A stretch of 64,000 bases of DNA from the human T2T-CHM13v2.0 reference genome, Homo sapiens. Position 1 is the first letter of the stretch, and every line of letters starts with the position of its first letter. The stretch lies in NCBI RefSeq assembly GCF_009914755.1, contig NC_060925.1. One strand, written 5' to 3'. The notes below the pieces were generated by a model that was given only the letters and a program-made list of their open reading frames with translations, had not been told where the DNA came from and made no database searches. A program made the position numbers and the translations under genes. Of this stretch, positions 36,999-64,000 are shown in pieces.

Positions 36999-38873
36999 AG
37001 CACCTGGGCTGGGACTCGCCGGAGCTGTGAGGGGAGCTTGGGATGGGTTTGCGGTCGGTGGAGCGGGTGTTGGTCCTTGAGGGGACTCAAGCAGCTGCGC
37101 CGTAGGACCCTCTGTTCTCAGGCCTGGGGCAGGGTGGGCTAAGGCCCAGCCCACTCTCCGTCCATTTCTCTTATCCCCACTCTCTTCTTTTCCTCCCCTA
37201 GTTGTAGATGCCATGGGGTTGGGAGTGGACTTGGGCTCAGTCCACAGCCGTCCAGCCCAGACCTACTCGGCACGCAAATCTCGCCATTCTCTCTCAACCT
37301 CCATGTTCCGTCCAGCTGGCAAACCAGGGATACAGACTGGGCTGGAGGTACGTGGCAGGGACAGAGGCGTGGACTGGAGGTGGTGGTGACGGGGCTGGGG
37401 GGCCATGGATTGGAATGAAGGACACAAGCTGGGACCAGGAGACAAGGACTAGGATGAGGGGGGCGGGAGGATATGGAGGGGGGGAACGAGGGGCATGAGC
37501 TGGGTTGGGGGCATGGACTGGCAAGAGGGGTCCAGGTGGGAGGTGATGGGAACACAGGCTCGGTGTCTGCAGCCTGTGGACGACAGTCTGGGGAAGTGTG
37601 ACGCGGATGGGATAGCCCAGATGTGCTGGGGCCAGGTCAGCCAGAGACACACTGGGCCCAGAGCAGCAGAGCAGCTTCAGGCTGAACCTAGTGATGTGGC
37701 CTGTGATCTGACTCCAAAGAGGTCTGGCCTCCTCCAGTCTCCTCCGGTGTGGCCTGGGGGAGGGGCAGATATGACTCCTCCCCAGAGTGTTAGCACCAAA
37801 CTCTTGGCCTTCGCCACAGCATCTGGCCCCAGGTAATTACAGGGGCCAAGCCTGGCTATAAAAGGATGGATGGGCCAGCCTAGGAACCTGGGAGAGCTAG
37901 GTTCAACTGACCGGAGGTCCACCAGCCTGCCTCTGAGAGGCTGGCATTGGCCAGGGGATACTAGAGTTTCACATTCAATGGCATACACTTCATATGCCAT
38001 ACACCAATCATATAATCTCATAACCTTGCAACCACACACAGTCAATCAAACTCAGTGCTGAGGGAGAGGGGGCTGGGGGGCAAAGCAGGGAGGAAAGCAG
38101 GGGCTTTGTTCACACCACTGAAGTGGGAGAGGCCCCCCACGGGACTGAGGGACCAGTCCAGGCACCCACAGGAGGGAACACGCACACACACTCATCCATC
38201 ACTTGCACACACATCCATGTGTGCACATTCGACCCGTTTTGCGGCCGTCACACTCAAGCCATTCATGGGTATTAGGCACATACTAACGCCCCACTGTCTA
38301 TAACACACTCACGCAGGCACCAGACCCCACACAGGGCAAGGGGCTCCCAGGTACCCTGAGCCGCGCTTGCATCCAGGGTCACATACGGTGACACACTTGA
38401 GGGCTGGCATTCAACAGATGATACAATTCTCTAACACGGACCCAATGACAATCCCAGCCAAGCCAACTGGGCAAACCCTAGAGTCAAGAAAATCAGAAGA
38501 GGGAGGAGGTGGGAGGGGGTAGATCAGAGCCACATTCACACCCTCTGGAAACCGATAGGTCATTTCAACAGCCACAGGAGACACAAAAACAACCTCTAGG
38601 ACCCCAAGGATATACCCAGACACATACACAAACACAAGGAGAGGCAGGGGCTTCTCAATCACATCCATATGTGCACCCACAGATACGTGCCCACACCCAA
38701 CATCACACGCAGTGCCCACCACATTCTTCCCAGGGACCTTGGGAACCTCCTACCCACTCCTGCCTTGTGCTGGTGAAGGAGAAGACAATGGTGGGGAGCA
38801 GAGGGGGCTGGGAAGAGTAAGAGCTAAGCTTGAGACAGGAGAAAGCCCTCTTCCCACACCACAGACATGCCTG

Positions 38874-38876
<3 letters not shown>

Positions 38877-38916
<40 letters not shown>
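38877..38916. repeat. (AC)20 microsatellite
   Basis: Perfect AC run. Confidence 0.95.
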
Positions 38917-38919
<3 letters not shown>

Positions 38920-40099
38920 TGCCAGACCTTGAGCCTCCAGGGAGAGCCCTGAGGAGAAATCAACAGAGGCTGTCCAACTCCACGTGGGGCCATGCCCATA
39001 TCTGACCACCTGGACACCAGCACTGCCCACTCTGGGCACAGACCCCAGGCCTGGCCTCTCTGCACCATTAAGCACACTGGGCATGGAGGGTGACCCTCGC
39101 ATCCCTCTGTGACCCCAGGCTTGTCACTTGGGTGCCCTTCAGGGCCTGGCAGGACCTGGTCTGACAGTGGAAAAAGCAAATATTCTCAGTGCCCTCCTAA
39201 TACGGCCCCCAAAAGAGGCCTTAAGAGCCTTCCTCCCTCCTTGCAGGCTAAGCACACAGCAGGCATCATGCTAACCCCTGGGTATACAACCCCGAGTCTG
39301 GCAGCCATTTGGCTGGGCCTCTGGCCAGAGTTGTCAGGGAAGACTTTGGGAGAGATGAGAGGCTTGAGGGATGATTGGCAGTTTGCCAGCTAGGGTGTGG
39401 GTGTTGGCTGGGAGGGACTACGAGGGGAGACAGGCCAGCAGAGGGGGCAGCATGATCAAAAGGACGGAGGCTGCTGTGTTTATGTTTCACAGCATAAGCA
39501 GTCACAAAAACATTCACACTCACAACAGAGCACGCCCTTTTCACACAGGGCGCCTTTGTACACATGTGCACCCTCCTGGAGCAACACTCTGCAGTTTGTT
39601 CGCTCCAGGCTGCCCTCACACCACTCCGTGGCACCATCCCCGCAGTCTCCATGAGATGACATCCCTTAGAGATCCTCTCACACCTGCACCCTGCTGAAGG
39701 GCTGCCTGTCTGTGGGTGCCCACAGTGAGCACCCAGAGTTGAGGGAGCCTCCTCTCCTGGGACAAGTGGTTGGGAAGCCGGGGACATCTGAGCAGTCCCT
39801 GAGCCTTCTAGGGCTGGAGCGAGCAGAGAAGCCGAGGAGACTGTGGCTGCCTGAGATTCTTAGAAGCAGCAATTCTCTTTTAGCCAAAAGCACTTAAGCA
39901 GAGGCCTGAGTTAAAAATAGGCTGGATTTACTGCCAGAAGGTGGCAGGAGAGGAAGTTTCTTTCTGACGGTACTCATTCTATCCCAAACACCTACAGAGG
40001 CTCTATGGGACCCTGCTGGGCTGGGGAACTCCACCCAACTGTTCTGTGTGCCAAGGGGGTGGCCAGCACACCCCTTGTGATCTTCATTTTATCTCCTTT

Positions 40100-41593
40100 A
40101 TTGGTTCATAATACTACACTTACATTTTTTTGTGGTTCTTTTAGGATTACACAATGCTTCTTTAACTTACAGTCTATCTCCATCAAGTAATATCACACCA
40201 CTCAGCGCAAACACCTTCCTCCCATTCCCCACCTCTCCGCCTTTGTGCTATTGTCACCATGGATTTATTTCTACACATGCTATAAGCCCCACAATACATT
40301 ATTAGATTTGCTCTAAACCCTCAAGTATCTTTTAAAGAGAATTTTAAAATCAGAAAAATATCTTTTCTATCTACCCACATATTTACCATTTCCAGCTCTC
40401 TTCATTCCTTTGTGTAGACGGAGATTTCCATCTGGTATCATTTTTCTTCTGCTTGAAGGACTTTTTAAAGCCGTTCTTCTAGTGCAGGTCTACTGATGAT
40501 GAATTCTTTCAATTTTGGAATGTCTGAATGCATCTTTATTCCATCTTCCTATTTGAAAGATATCTCCACTGAATTCTAGGTTGACAGTTTTTATCTTTTC
40601 GTACTTTAAAGACATTACTCCACTGTCTTCAGGGTTGCATTGTTTCTGACGAGAAATCACTTCTATTTTTCCTTTTTACACAATGTGTTTTTTTCCTCTG
40701 GCAGCTCTTAAGATTTGTGTCTTTATCACTGGTGTTCAGCAGTGATTAAGGCAGATTATGATGTACCCTTGGTGTAGTTGTCTTCATATTTCTTCTGCTT
40801 AGGGTTTATTGAGCTTCTTCGACATAGGGATTTATAGTTTCCATCAAATTTGAAAATTATTGTTCCTTCAGATATTTTTTCTGTCATCTCTCCTGTGAAT
40901 CTGTTAGACCCACGTTTCTGGTCTCCAAACAGGTATACAGGCTACTTGTTATTCCACAGCTCACTGATTTTCTGGATTTTGGTTTTGGAGGTTTTGTTTT
41001 TGTTTTTTGTTTTTTGTTTTTAAGTCTTTTTTTCCTCTCTGTGTTTCATCTTGGATAGTTTCTATTGCTAAGTCTTCAAAAACCTGTTTTCTACAGGGTC
41101 TAATCTGCTTTTATTTCCATCCAGTATACTTTTCATCTCAGATATTATACATTTCATCTTTAGAAGTTCAATTGAGGTCTTATTTTATATCTTCACACCT
41201 CTTTACATCGTGTTTATGTTTTTCCATATCTGTTTGAATATATGGATGGTATTTAATAATAGCTATTGGAGCTAAAGTCCTTGTCTACTAATTCTGTGAC
41301 ATTTCTGGGTCAGCTTTGTGTCATTATTTGCCTGTGTCTTTGCATGCCTGGTAATTATTGATTGGATGCCAGACATTGTATATTTTATGTTGTTTGGTGC
41401 TAGATTTTTTTGTATTCCTTTGAATATATTTGAGCCTCGTTCAGGGACTTAGTTAAGTTCCTTGGAAACAGATTGATCCTTTTAAGGTGTGCTTTTAGGT
41501 ACCATTTGGCAAGAGGAGAATAGCCTTTGGTCTAAGGCTAATTTGCTCTCACCACTGAGGCAGTATCATCTGATGACTCTACTTGATGTCCCA
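40100..41593 (-). mobile_element. Old L1M (L1MC/ME-type) fragment
   Basis: T-rich antisense L1 features, e.g. tactttaaagacattactccactgtcttc...ttgtttctgacgagaaatc. Confidence 0.75.
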
Positions 41594-49536
<7,943 letters not shown>

Positions 49537-50653
49537 CTAATTATTCTGCTTTCTCAGAGATTTCCTCAGACTTGCCATTCCTTTGGTTAATTGTTTTTAC
49601 TTACCTATATTTAATTTCTGAGTAGTTTAGTTTTTTCGAGACAGGGTCTCACTCTGTGGCCCAGGCTGGAGTGCAGTGGCACAATCTTGGTTCACTGCAA
49701 CCTCCACCTCCCAGGCTCAAGTTAATTCTCCTCCCTCAGCTTCCTGAGCGGCTGGGATTACAGGCGTGCGCCACCATGCCCAGCTAATTTTTGTATTTTT
49801 AGTAGAGAAGGCAGTACACTATGTTGGCCAGGCTGGTCTTGATCTCCAGGCCTCAAGTAATCCACCCATCTCTGCCTCCCAAAGTGCTGGGATTACAGGC
49901 ATGAGCCACTGAGCCTGGCCTTATTTTATTTTTTAATATAACCTGGTTCTCATTTTATGAATAATCTCTTACCTCTCTAAAAATACTAATTGCCATTTTA
50001 AAGGTTTTCTTCTACTCCCTGAATGATTCCTAGTTCCCTTTGATTTCTTTTTCTCTGTGCTTTGGTCTGTTTTTCCCCTTGGTGGCTCTCCATTCACATT
50101 TCTGCATGAAGCAGGACAGAGTGCTGTTGGGTGACTGTGTACACCTGGGTTTCGAAGGCACACTCTTCGGAATGTAAGCTCCTCAAGGTGAGGATCTACA
50201 GCAGTTTTGTTTACAGATAGAGTCCCAGCACCTAGAATGTTTTCTAGCGCATAGCAGGTGTTCAATAGTAGGTGCAGAAGGGAGTAAGTGTGGAAGGCAA
50301 GAATAAAAGGACATCTAGTGGCTTCTCATTTGTTCTAAATGTAGATCTTTGGCCTGGGACCATTCTCTGGAAGTTTTCCAGAAGAGTCCTCTAATCTTAT
50401 TCCTGGAAGTGTAAACCTGGCTCTCAGGAAACAGTTAGGGGGAAGGGAGCAGCATACAGGCTGCCATTTTTATGTATCTGCTCCTCAAAGCCACTCTGTT
50501 TGGTGTTCCTGAGAATCAGCAATGCCCTTCCTGTTTTTTAAGATCCTACTTTGTGCTCAGAACCTTTTTCTGGATATGTTCTCTACAGTATGGAACAAAG
50601 TCCCTGCCTTATGAAGCTTATAGTCAGCTGGGGAGAAACAAAATAGAAAAGAT

Positions 50654-50670
50654 TAGATAGATAGATAGAT

Positions 50671-50715
<45 letters not shown>

Positions 50716-50719
50716 GATA
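50654..50719. repeat. Compound (TAGA)4-T-(GATA)11 tetranucleotide STR
   Basis: Direct reading. Confidence 0.93.
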
Positions 50720-50720
50720 G

Positions 50721-52300
<1,580 letters not shown>

Positions 52301-53498
52301 AAAGAAATTAGAATGGGAATAAAAAGAGACAAAAGAAGGCTGAGAGGAAGAGACAGCTAGCCTAACGGGGAGGAAGGCCACGCCCACCCCAGGTGCATCA
52401 CTAGCTGCACCCAGGCCTGCTTGTCACAGCCACTTCTTTCTCTCCCGGGAACTGAATGGGCTTGACCATCCTGCATTTGTCTAACTTTGAAGCCAAGCAA
52501 GGAAGTAACATTAATATGACAAGTGAGGTCTGAACAACAGAAGGAGCTGCATTTCCATTCGGTGGCCATAAACCTATCCTGCCCCCAACCCCAGGAGTGG
52601 GGGATCTTCATGCCCAGGTCCTCTGTGTCCAGGTGAAGCACATCCACGGGGATCAGGTATCAGAAAGGGCTGCTTAATTACGCTGAACATCCCCTCCAAA
52701 GAGGACTACAGCTGCACGCAGCTGATTCCCAAACTTGAACCAAAAAATCTTACAGGAATATGGATGTCTTCAGTCCCAACCAGCCCCTGCCCTGTGTCAA
52801 ACATCACGTGCATGCCACATCACACATCACACCATGTCACAAGCCATATCAAGGAGAACTTTGCTCAGGGGCTGGTGTCACAATACTTCAGGCAGCAATG
52901 CTGGAGTTATCCACACACAAAAGCAAACAGTGAGCCCTCTAGAAATTTCTGGAAGTTTAGAAACATTCCTGTTCTTGTCTGAAAACCCATGTATTTGCCA
53001 TAATGCGGTTTAGGACAGATCACAATCCCGAGATTCCCCAAATCAATTCTGATGCTGGTGTTGCTGCTTTGGAACATCACTCTCTACAGCCATAAACCCA
53101 AGCAGATGCCACTGTGTGCCAGGCACTGGCAGAGGCCTTTGGGTGAGTCTCACTCACTGCCCATCAGGAGCTGCAGTGTGGGTTTTGGAGTCCAGTCCTG
53201 AAGGCTTGAGCCTGAAGCGCAATGCCACTGTGTGCCAGCTGGGCGGCACTGACCCTCCAGTGCTCCCAAGGTGATGCTCCTTCCAGCCTTGGAGGGTTAA
53301 TGTGACAGGTTGTATAAAGCTCCCACGTGTCTGGTATATTGTAGATGCTGGACAAGTAGTCGTAGTTGTTATTACTAATAAGTAAAAATGTGTTGCTTCC
53401 TGGGTGTCAGCAAAGTGTCAAAGTCACGAAAGGCTACAGGAGTTCAGAGGGTGGAGCCATCACCAAGCTGTCCTTCCTGGAGGACGTGGAACTTAGCA

Positions 53499-53685
53499 TA
53501 GTGTTGCCAGATAAACTACAGAACTCCCAGTTGAATTTGAATTTCAGGTAAACAATGAATTTTTTCTTAGCACATCTCCCAAATATTGTATTGGACATAC
53601 TTAATACTAAAAAACTATTCGTTGTTTATCGGCAATTCAAATTTAACTGGGTATCCCATATTTTCATTTGCGAAGCCAGCCTAAA
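53499..53685. mobile_element. MER53 palindromic MITE (hAT)
   Basis: gttgccagataaa start; inverted arms 53526-53560 and 53617-53651. Confidence 0.85.
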
Positions 53686-54080
53686 TCTAAAGAAAGGGTG
53701 GCGTAGATGGGCTGCGGGGAGAGGTTGGAGGGGAGTCTGCCAGGCTGAGTGGGAGAGCTAACATGCCTGTGCACTTACATCTGCCAGGTGCTGTACCGGG
53801 CAGTTTACAAGTGTCACAAATCCCTGTGAGGTATTTATTATTCTTTTCACTTTACAGACGAGGGAACTGAGACTCAAGACCATTGCTGGTTACTATTTAA
53901 ACCCTAGGTCTGCCTGGTCCCTAAGCACCTGTTTCTTCCCATGTACCACATCCTGGGGGCAACAGGGAAGCAAAGCAAAAGGGCATGAATGCCCACCTTC
54001 ATGTTAGAGCTCAGCAGGCACCTGCCTCAGTGTTGTTCCAATACAGGCTCACTATTTAACACTAAGGTTCTACAAGGTCT

Positions 54081-54194
54081 CTTTCTTTCTCTCCCCTTCC
54101 TTCCTTCTTGCCTTCCTTCCTCCCTCCCTCCCTTCCTTCCTCCCTCCCTCCCTTCCTTCCTCCCTCCCTCCCTTCCTCCCTTCTCTCTTTCTTC

Positions 54195-54200
<6 letters not shown>
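54081..54200. repeat. (CCTT)/(CCCT)n pyrimidine tract at an antisense Alu tail
   Basis: Direct reading. Confidence 0.9.
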
Positions 54201-55584
<1,384 letters not shown>

Positions 55585-57022
55585 TTAAGTGTAATGGCTT
55601 TTACCAAGTTGGGTCCATGTCAATATGGGTTTTTAAATTTTCTGCAAAGTAATTCCCTTAAAAAAAGAAGAAGAAGTTTAATTCAATAAACATTAACCAA
55701 GATCCCACACTGGGCACAGAACTGCAGGGAAGACAACAGCCAAGACACAGTTCTGGTCCTCAAAGGACTTGTGATGGGGAAGGGACACATATTCGGCTAA
55801 ATTTCAGAAGAGAAAGAACAAAGTAAACATTGTAAAAGACAAAATGTCACAGGGGCCCAGAAGAGAGAGTGATTAATTCGCTCTGTGGGGAGATGGTACG
55901 GAGCCAGGCTGGGAAGGATGAGTAGGATTTGACAGCTGGTAAAGGCGTCCCAGGCAGAGGGAAAAGCTTAGGCAAAGGTAGAGGCCACGATGTGCGGGGG
56001 TCTAATCGTCACCATCTAATTTACCAAACTGCATGTCGCTCTATTCTAATTATGATGTGTTGTCAAATATTATCACACCTGCTTGCTTCAGAAGTAAAAA
56101 CCACATACCTGTATTATTAGCCCTGAAGGCCTTTAACTAATGATTTATAATAGAGTAGCTTTTAAAAAGATGCTAATTTCCCAGACTAAACCACCCTCAC
56201 AGGACCAGAGGCCCCTTACACACATTCCAACACGGGGAACACACACCATGACAACAACAGACCCCTTTTCTCGCTCCTGGTTCTTGCAGGCTCTTCTGCA
56301 TCTCTGCCTCTAAACCTGGTCGTTAACACGTCCTCCAGGCCACACATGCACATGTATTACCAACGCGCCATCCACCGTGCCAGACAGGAAACACATTTGG
56401 AGGATTTTAAACAATTTTAAAATGTGCCCTCAAATTTTACAACTTGCTTGACTTGCCTGAGGGAGGAACCAAGCCCCTTATATAAATGTCACCGCAAACT
56501 GGCTTACTCCACATCCCACCCAGCTTGGGAACCTGGGGTTTCTGGGGGGTTGTTTATTTTTATTTTATTTTTCTTATTTTTTTATTTTTTTATATTTCGT
56601 CTGTGTCTTCTGTGGGCACTGGCTTTTTAAATCATGTTTATTTTATATGCTCTCCCAGTAGCCAGTGGAGAGGAGACACTTTCCTCATTCCACAGACCAC
56701 CAGCCACACAGCCAGCCTAGGGCAAAAGCATTTAGCAGGCTCTGGGATGACCTATGAAGAAACATCTCAAGGAGAGGGTTTCCTGGCGGTGAATCAGACA
56801 GTTCCTAGACCCAGGCGCTGTGGGGCAGAGGAAAGGCCCCTCTTCTGGCAGCAGGGGTAGGATGGACCCCTCTAGACCTGGGAGGAGTGAAACCTCAGGG
56901 CCCCAGCCCCTGGCCTGGTGCCTTATCCACAGGATGCCCTCAGGATACCACACCAGCCTCCTCATCCATTGTCCCTTTCACTGGTTCACAAACGGGGGTC
57001 TCCAGTTAACTTCCGCTGTTGA

Positions 57023-61390
<4,368 letters not shown>

Positions 61391-62476
61391 ATAATTCTAC
61401 CTACCTCTTATGGTGACTGTGAAGATTAAGTGCATTAATGTACACAAAGTGCTTCAAATGAGCCTGGAATAAGGAACATGTTCTATAAACATGAGCTGAT
61501 GCTGTGACTATTCCCAGGGCAACTTCCCAATTAAATACAACCCCCTCAGCTTGCTTCTGAAGCCAACCTGGGTTTGCCCAAGAGCCCTTCTCCAGCCCAA
61601 TCTGGTATGCCCTCAGCCCATTTAAAACCAATTTCCTGATAAGCCCAGTCTCCAAAGGACCTCCCCTAGGACGCCCAACACCTCCCCAGACATGGGGATT
61701 TGTGCCAGGAGAGGAGCTCTTTTTTGAGTGCCACAGTGCGGTGTGCCACCCCCAAGGAATTTACTGCTTTCCACCTGGCATTCCAGCTATCTGTTTTCTC
61801 CTGCCCTACCTCTCTGGGTGGTTCCTGGCCTCCTCCCTATTCCCCCTGCCCAAACTCTGTCTCTTCAGTGCTTTTTGTACCCTCCCCCCACCATTACTTA
61901 ATCAAGTCCTACTCCTGTTTAAGACGAAACTCAGACCAAACAGTGCCCGGCCAAGGTTGGAGGACTTGATGATGCCAGAGCCAAGAGGAAGAAGGAGAGC
62001 AGGGGAGGGTGGGGGAGACTACAGTGGAGCCAGGGGAGGAAAAAGGACCAGGAAGGAGGGAAGAAGGAGCTCTGGGGGACAGATCTTCCCTGTCACCTTC
62101 CCCTCGCCCATGCAGGGGCAGGGCAGTGTGGCCCATAGGATTCCTTTGGGCATGGAATGCCCTTGCCCACCAACCTCACCCGAGAACCCTCAAAAGTCAC
62201 TTCCCCCACTCATCACTCTGCCCTCACAGAACCTCAGCACTCTTGGCCACCTCATCCTAGGGCATTTACCACATACCCATCCCATTCGTGATCCTGGGAC
62301 TCCTCCCCACTTCCCTGTATCCTTACCCTCACTATCAGCACGTTTGCCCCCTTCTGCCTGTGCGGGAACCATGCGAGGGGAAATTCACCCCGTGCTTATG
62401 CACAACCCACTCCCCAGGCTAAGTGCCAGGCCCGCACATCTATTATTTCATTCGATCCCTGCAATAATTGCATGGA

Positions 62477-62986
<510 letters not shown>

Positions 62987-63494
62987 TGCATAGAGAAAGT
63001 AGTCTTGACCCCATTTTATGATGAAGAAAAGGTGAGGCTCAGAGAGGTTAGGTAACTTTCCCAAGTTTCCACAGCTGGGCCCCCGACCCCACCCCTCTCT
63101 GCACTGTCTCCCTGTTCACCAGCTGCCTTTATTGGATGTGGCTTGCGGCACTTAGGCAGAGCACCTGTTATACAAACAAATGAGCTGTCCATTATCTGGC
63201 CATCTCCCACCTGCCTGCAGGGACGGGCCAGGGTGAGCTTAAGCCCTGGGGGACTGCATCTCAGAGCCTGTCCCACAAACCGCCTCAGGTTCCCTCTGAG
63301 ACTGTCCCACACCCAGCCCCCTCTCTAGCTCTTTCCTTTACCTTCTCTACTGACTCCCCCCATTTGCTCCCAGCAGATACAGATATAGCACTTGGTGCCA
63401 TATCTCCTTTATCCCCAGGAGAGCCAGGCAAGTGGGGCGTAGAAGGAATAGCATGGTGTAGATCCAAGCCCCATCAAATGTACCCCACCTGAGT

Positions 63495-63995
63495 TCTTTT
63501 TTTTTTTTGAGACTGAGTCTTGCTCTGTCGCCCAGGTTGGAGTGCAGTGGTGCAATCTTGGCTCACTGCAACCTCCACCTCCCGGGTTCAAGCCATATTC
63601 TCCTGACTCAGCCTCCTGAGTAGTAGCTGGGACCACAGACACGCGCCACCACGCCCAACTAATTTTTGTATTTTTAGTAGAGCTGGGGTTTCACTATGTT
63701 GGCCAGGTTGGTCTGAAACTCCTGACCTCAGGTGATCTGCCCACCCGGCCTCCTAAAGTGCTAGGATTACAGGAGTGAACCACCTCACCTGGCCTTTTTT
63801 TTTTTTTTTTTTTTTTTGAGTTTTGAGAGAGGGTCTCGCTCTGTTGCCCAGGCTGGAGCACAGTGATGCCATCTCGGTTCACTGTAGCCTCTACTTCCTG
63901 GGCTTGCCCCTGTTGGCCTGTGCGGGAACCATGCGAGGGGAAATGCACACTGAGAGTGAGAGTGAGACTCAGTCTCCAAGAAAAAAAAAAAAAAG
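63495..63995. mobile_element. Antisense Alu, truncated antisense Alu, templated insert, sense Alu 3' end
   Basis: See the finding at 62344-63995. Confidence 0.8.
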
Positions 63996-64000
63996 AGAGA

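Overview
Human (or very close hominid) euchromatic DNA, recognisable as the chr1q21.3-q22 ADAM15-EFNA4-EFNA3 cluster. All three genes lie on the + strand. The window holds ADAM15 exons 7-23 (1177-7889: metalloprotease, RGD disintegrin, Cys-rich, EGF, TM and proline-rich tail), complete EFNA4 (9211-14368, 201 aa) and complete EFNA3 (24316-31917, 238 aa). From about 33 kb to the end is an Alu/L1/LTR/DNA-transposon-rich interval with no supportable coding gene. Nearly all other ORFs in the track are Alu-derived or GC-rich noise. I found no new protein-coding gene or self-contained novel system. The best leads concern hidden isoform and regulatory architecture: (1) two introns that are multiples of 3 and stop-free in frame (ADAM15 intron 19; EFNA3 intron 4, which would add a hydrophobic segment and carries a near-perfect CTCF site); (2) the EFNA4 last exon read in all three frames through three acceptors; (3) phase-compatible ADAM15/EFNA4/EFNA3 read-through chimeras; (4) a tandem GTCACGTG array in EFNA3 intron 1 together with a miR-210 site in the 3'UTR; (5) an orphan RFX/NF-Y CpG element between EFNA4 and EFNA3; (6) a cryptic ~20-bp minisatellite; (7) a templated insertion at an inverted-Alu junction near the window end. 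Exon coordinates were read by hand. Repeat boundaries and subfamily names are approximate and were recognised from memory.
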